Assembly (NCBI GenBank): GCA_022813965.1
Contig: JALDZS010000141.1
Location: 1 to 63,801, forward strand
Length of the DNA stretch: 63,801 bases
DNA from: Toensbergia leucococca
Lineage: Eukaryota
Direction of reading: 5' to 3'
Part shown: positions 62,290-63,801 of the stretch, one piece after another
Layout: the number at the start of each line of letters is the position of its first letter
Position numbering within the stretch: the stretch's first letter is position 1
Translations under genes and position numbers: made by a program
The notes under the pieces: generated by a model
Database searches by the model: none
The model's input: only the letters and a program-made list of their open reading frames with translations
What the model was told of the DNA's origin: nothing

Positions 62290-63801
62290 TTAGTAAAATG
62301 ATTTTACTAGAATGTCCATCGACTCCTCGAATATTTGCGGGGTAAAGAATGAATATTGAACATGTTCAGTGAGGAATCGACGTTCACCTTGACGTGGACA
62401 AATGTGGAACCACACTCGTCTACCATTGAGATTGAATTGATTCATCAGAATTCGGCTTGACTTTTCAGACCAAACGAGGCGTTTGTGTATCCTGTGCGCT
62501 AGCTCGTTGATCATTTCATCTCGCCCTTTCCAAGTACGTGAAATCCAAATCCTCTACTCTGTTTTCCTAGGTCCATAAAACTCAATACAATATATTGGTC
62601 TTCACTCTTCCCATTAAAAATGCTGTTGTCGTTGTTCCACTATCGGACAGATCGGGAGTCGCTTTTTCTCGGTGAACCATGAACCAGTGACATAATACAC
62701 GAAACCAGCTTCCTGATGTTCTCAGCTGTGTGTCCTTCTCTTTATGGAATCCTGCATACAATGGCTCACACTACCACATGTCCCGCCCTATGTTGACCGT
62801 TGACCGTTGGCTGACTTCATGTGCCGCCACTCTACCCCACTTGAAGGCCCCACGGCATGAGATGCCTAGCGAAAAAGATTTTCAGATGTTGACTTTGCTT
62901 TTGGAGGCTGAGAGCATTCTCTCGTGATCTTGGTGACACGTTCATTGACTTGGAGGGTTCGGGCTGTTGGTATGGATGAATAGGATCGGTATCTACAGCA
63001 TAGGGCAAATTGGCCGAAGAAAGATTGTAGTGGTTGCGCTTTTCACTAACATTGTCAGCTGTCATTGTAAATGTGATGTCAAGAGGTTGGAAAAATGCCA
63101 ACTAGCTCTTTGACGTTCTGTGGCATAGGCATAGTTAGAGGCAATTCAAAGAATCCCAGCAGTAAGGTAATCGTACTAGGTAGCGTATGTTCTCGAGTCG
63201 CATTCGAATCTTTCGTGACGAACCCAATGAAATGAGAACCTTTTTGCGCGGCATGAGCATCGAGCATGGTCAGTCCTAGAATAGCTCCTACGGCAAGGCT
63301 TCAAAATACGCACCTCCCCTCAAACTCCGTCTCCGTGAACATTGCCTGTATGGTCATGCCTTTGGCTCATTTCTTGTTGAACGTTGTTGAAAATGGAATG
63401 CCCATGTCCTTCTTCTATCCTGGTTGAAGATTCACAACGCTCATCATTCGATGCAGATATTTCGTTGAATTTCGGAATGCAGTTGCCCCACGTTTCTCCA
63501 ACATTGAGGGCTGTGCTTTTTTTCAAGACCACATTGACATTCGCATCATTCATATTCTATATTGCTACACGCCGTACCCCAGCACAATGACCTTGCTGAG
63601 CAACGAACACAATGGCTAGCACCAGTCACCATGACAGTAATGGTGAGTCTAGGCGCCACCATCGAAGCCCAACGGTGCCTTTCGCACGTACCTCACGCCA
63701 TAAACCTCGAAGGTCATTTTTATGCAGAGTCTTCTTTCAATGCAGTTGCTAATATCAGATCCAGATGGCCTCTCGCTCTCCGCTTCATCAAGGGCGCCAT
63801 C
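62290..63801 (-). other. Possible degraded or partial multi-exon gene
   Basis: Consecutive minus-strand ORF pieces with intron-like GTACGT and GTGCGT...CTGAC...AG segments; no recognised domain and the frames do not join cleanly. Confidence 0.2.

Overview
This is a filamentous ascomycete (Pezizomycotina) genomic window: spliceosomal introns with CTAAC branch points and a strong RIP signature. A gene-dense, GC-balanced island (~16.6-55.6 kb) lies between two AT-rich, RIP-degraded transposon blocks. The island holds 15 genes: MAS2, TOM22, a DUF4211-like gene, a DUF4449-like gene, MDM10, MRT4, U1-70K/SNP1, MRPL51, TPI1, a small secreted protein, an ER-rich hypothetical protein, LCB2, acetoacetyl-CoA synthetase, pyruvate decarboxylase and a PTH11-like receptor. 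The left block is a multi-layer nest: a pogo/Fot1 transposon, two copies of a Gypsy family, a RIP-inactivated DUF3435 tyrosine recombinase (Starship captain-like, with a TTACAC candidate boundary), and a complete 6975-bp chromovirus splitting that captain. The right block holds Gypsy fragments, solo LTRs and an L1-like LINE. The most notable signals are the Starship-like relic, an apparent U1-70K autoregulatory system (poison acceptor/exon plus a cluster of 5' splice-site motifs after the stop codon), and a non-canonical intron junction in the acetoacetyl-CoA synthetase gene. All calls come from manual reading and translation; no database searches were run.
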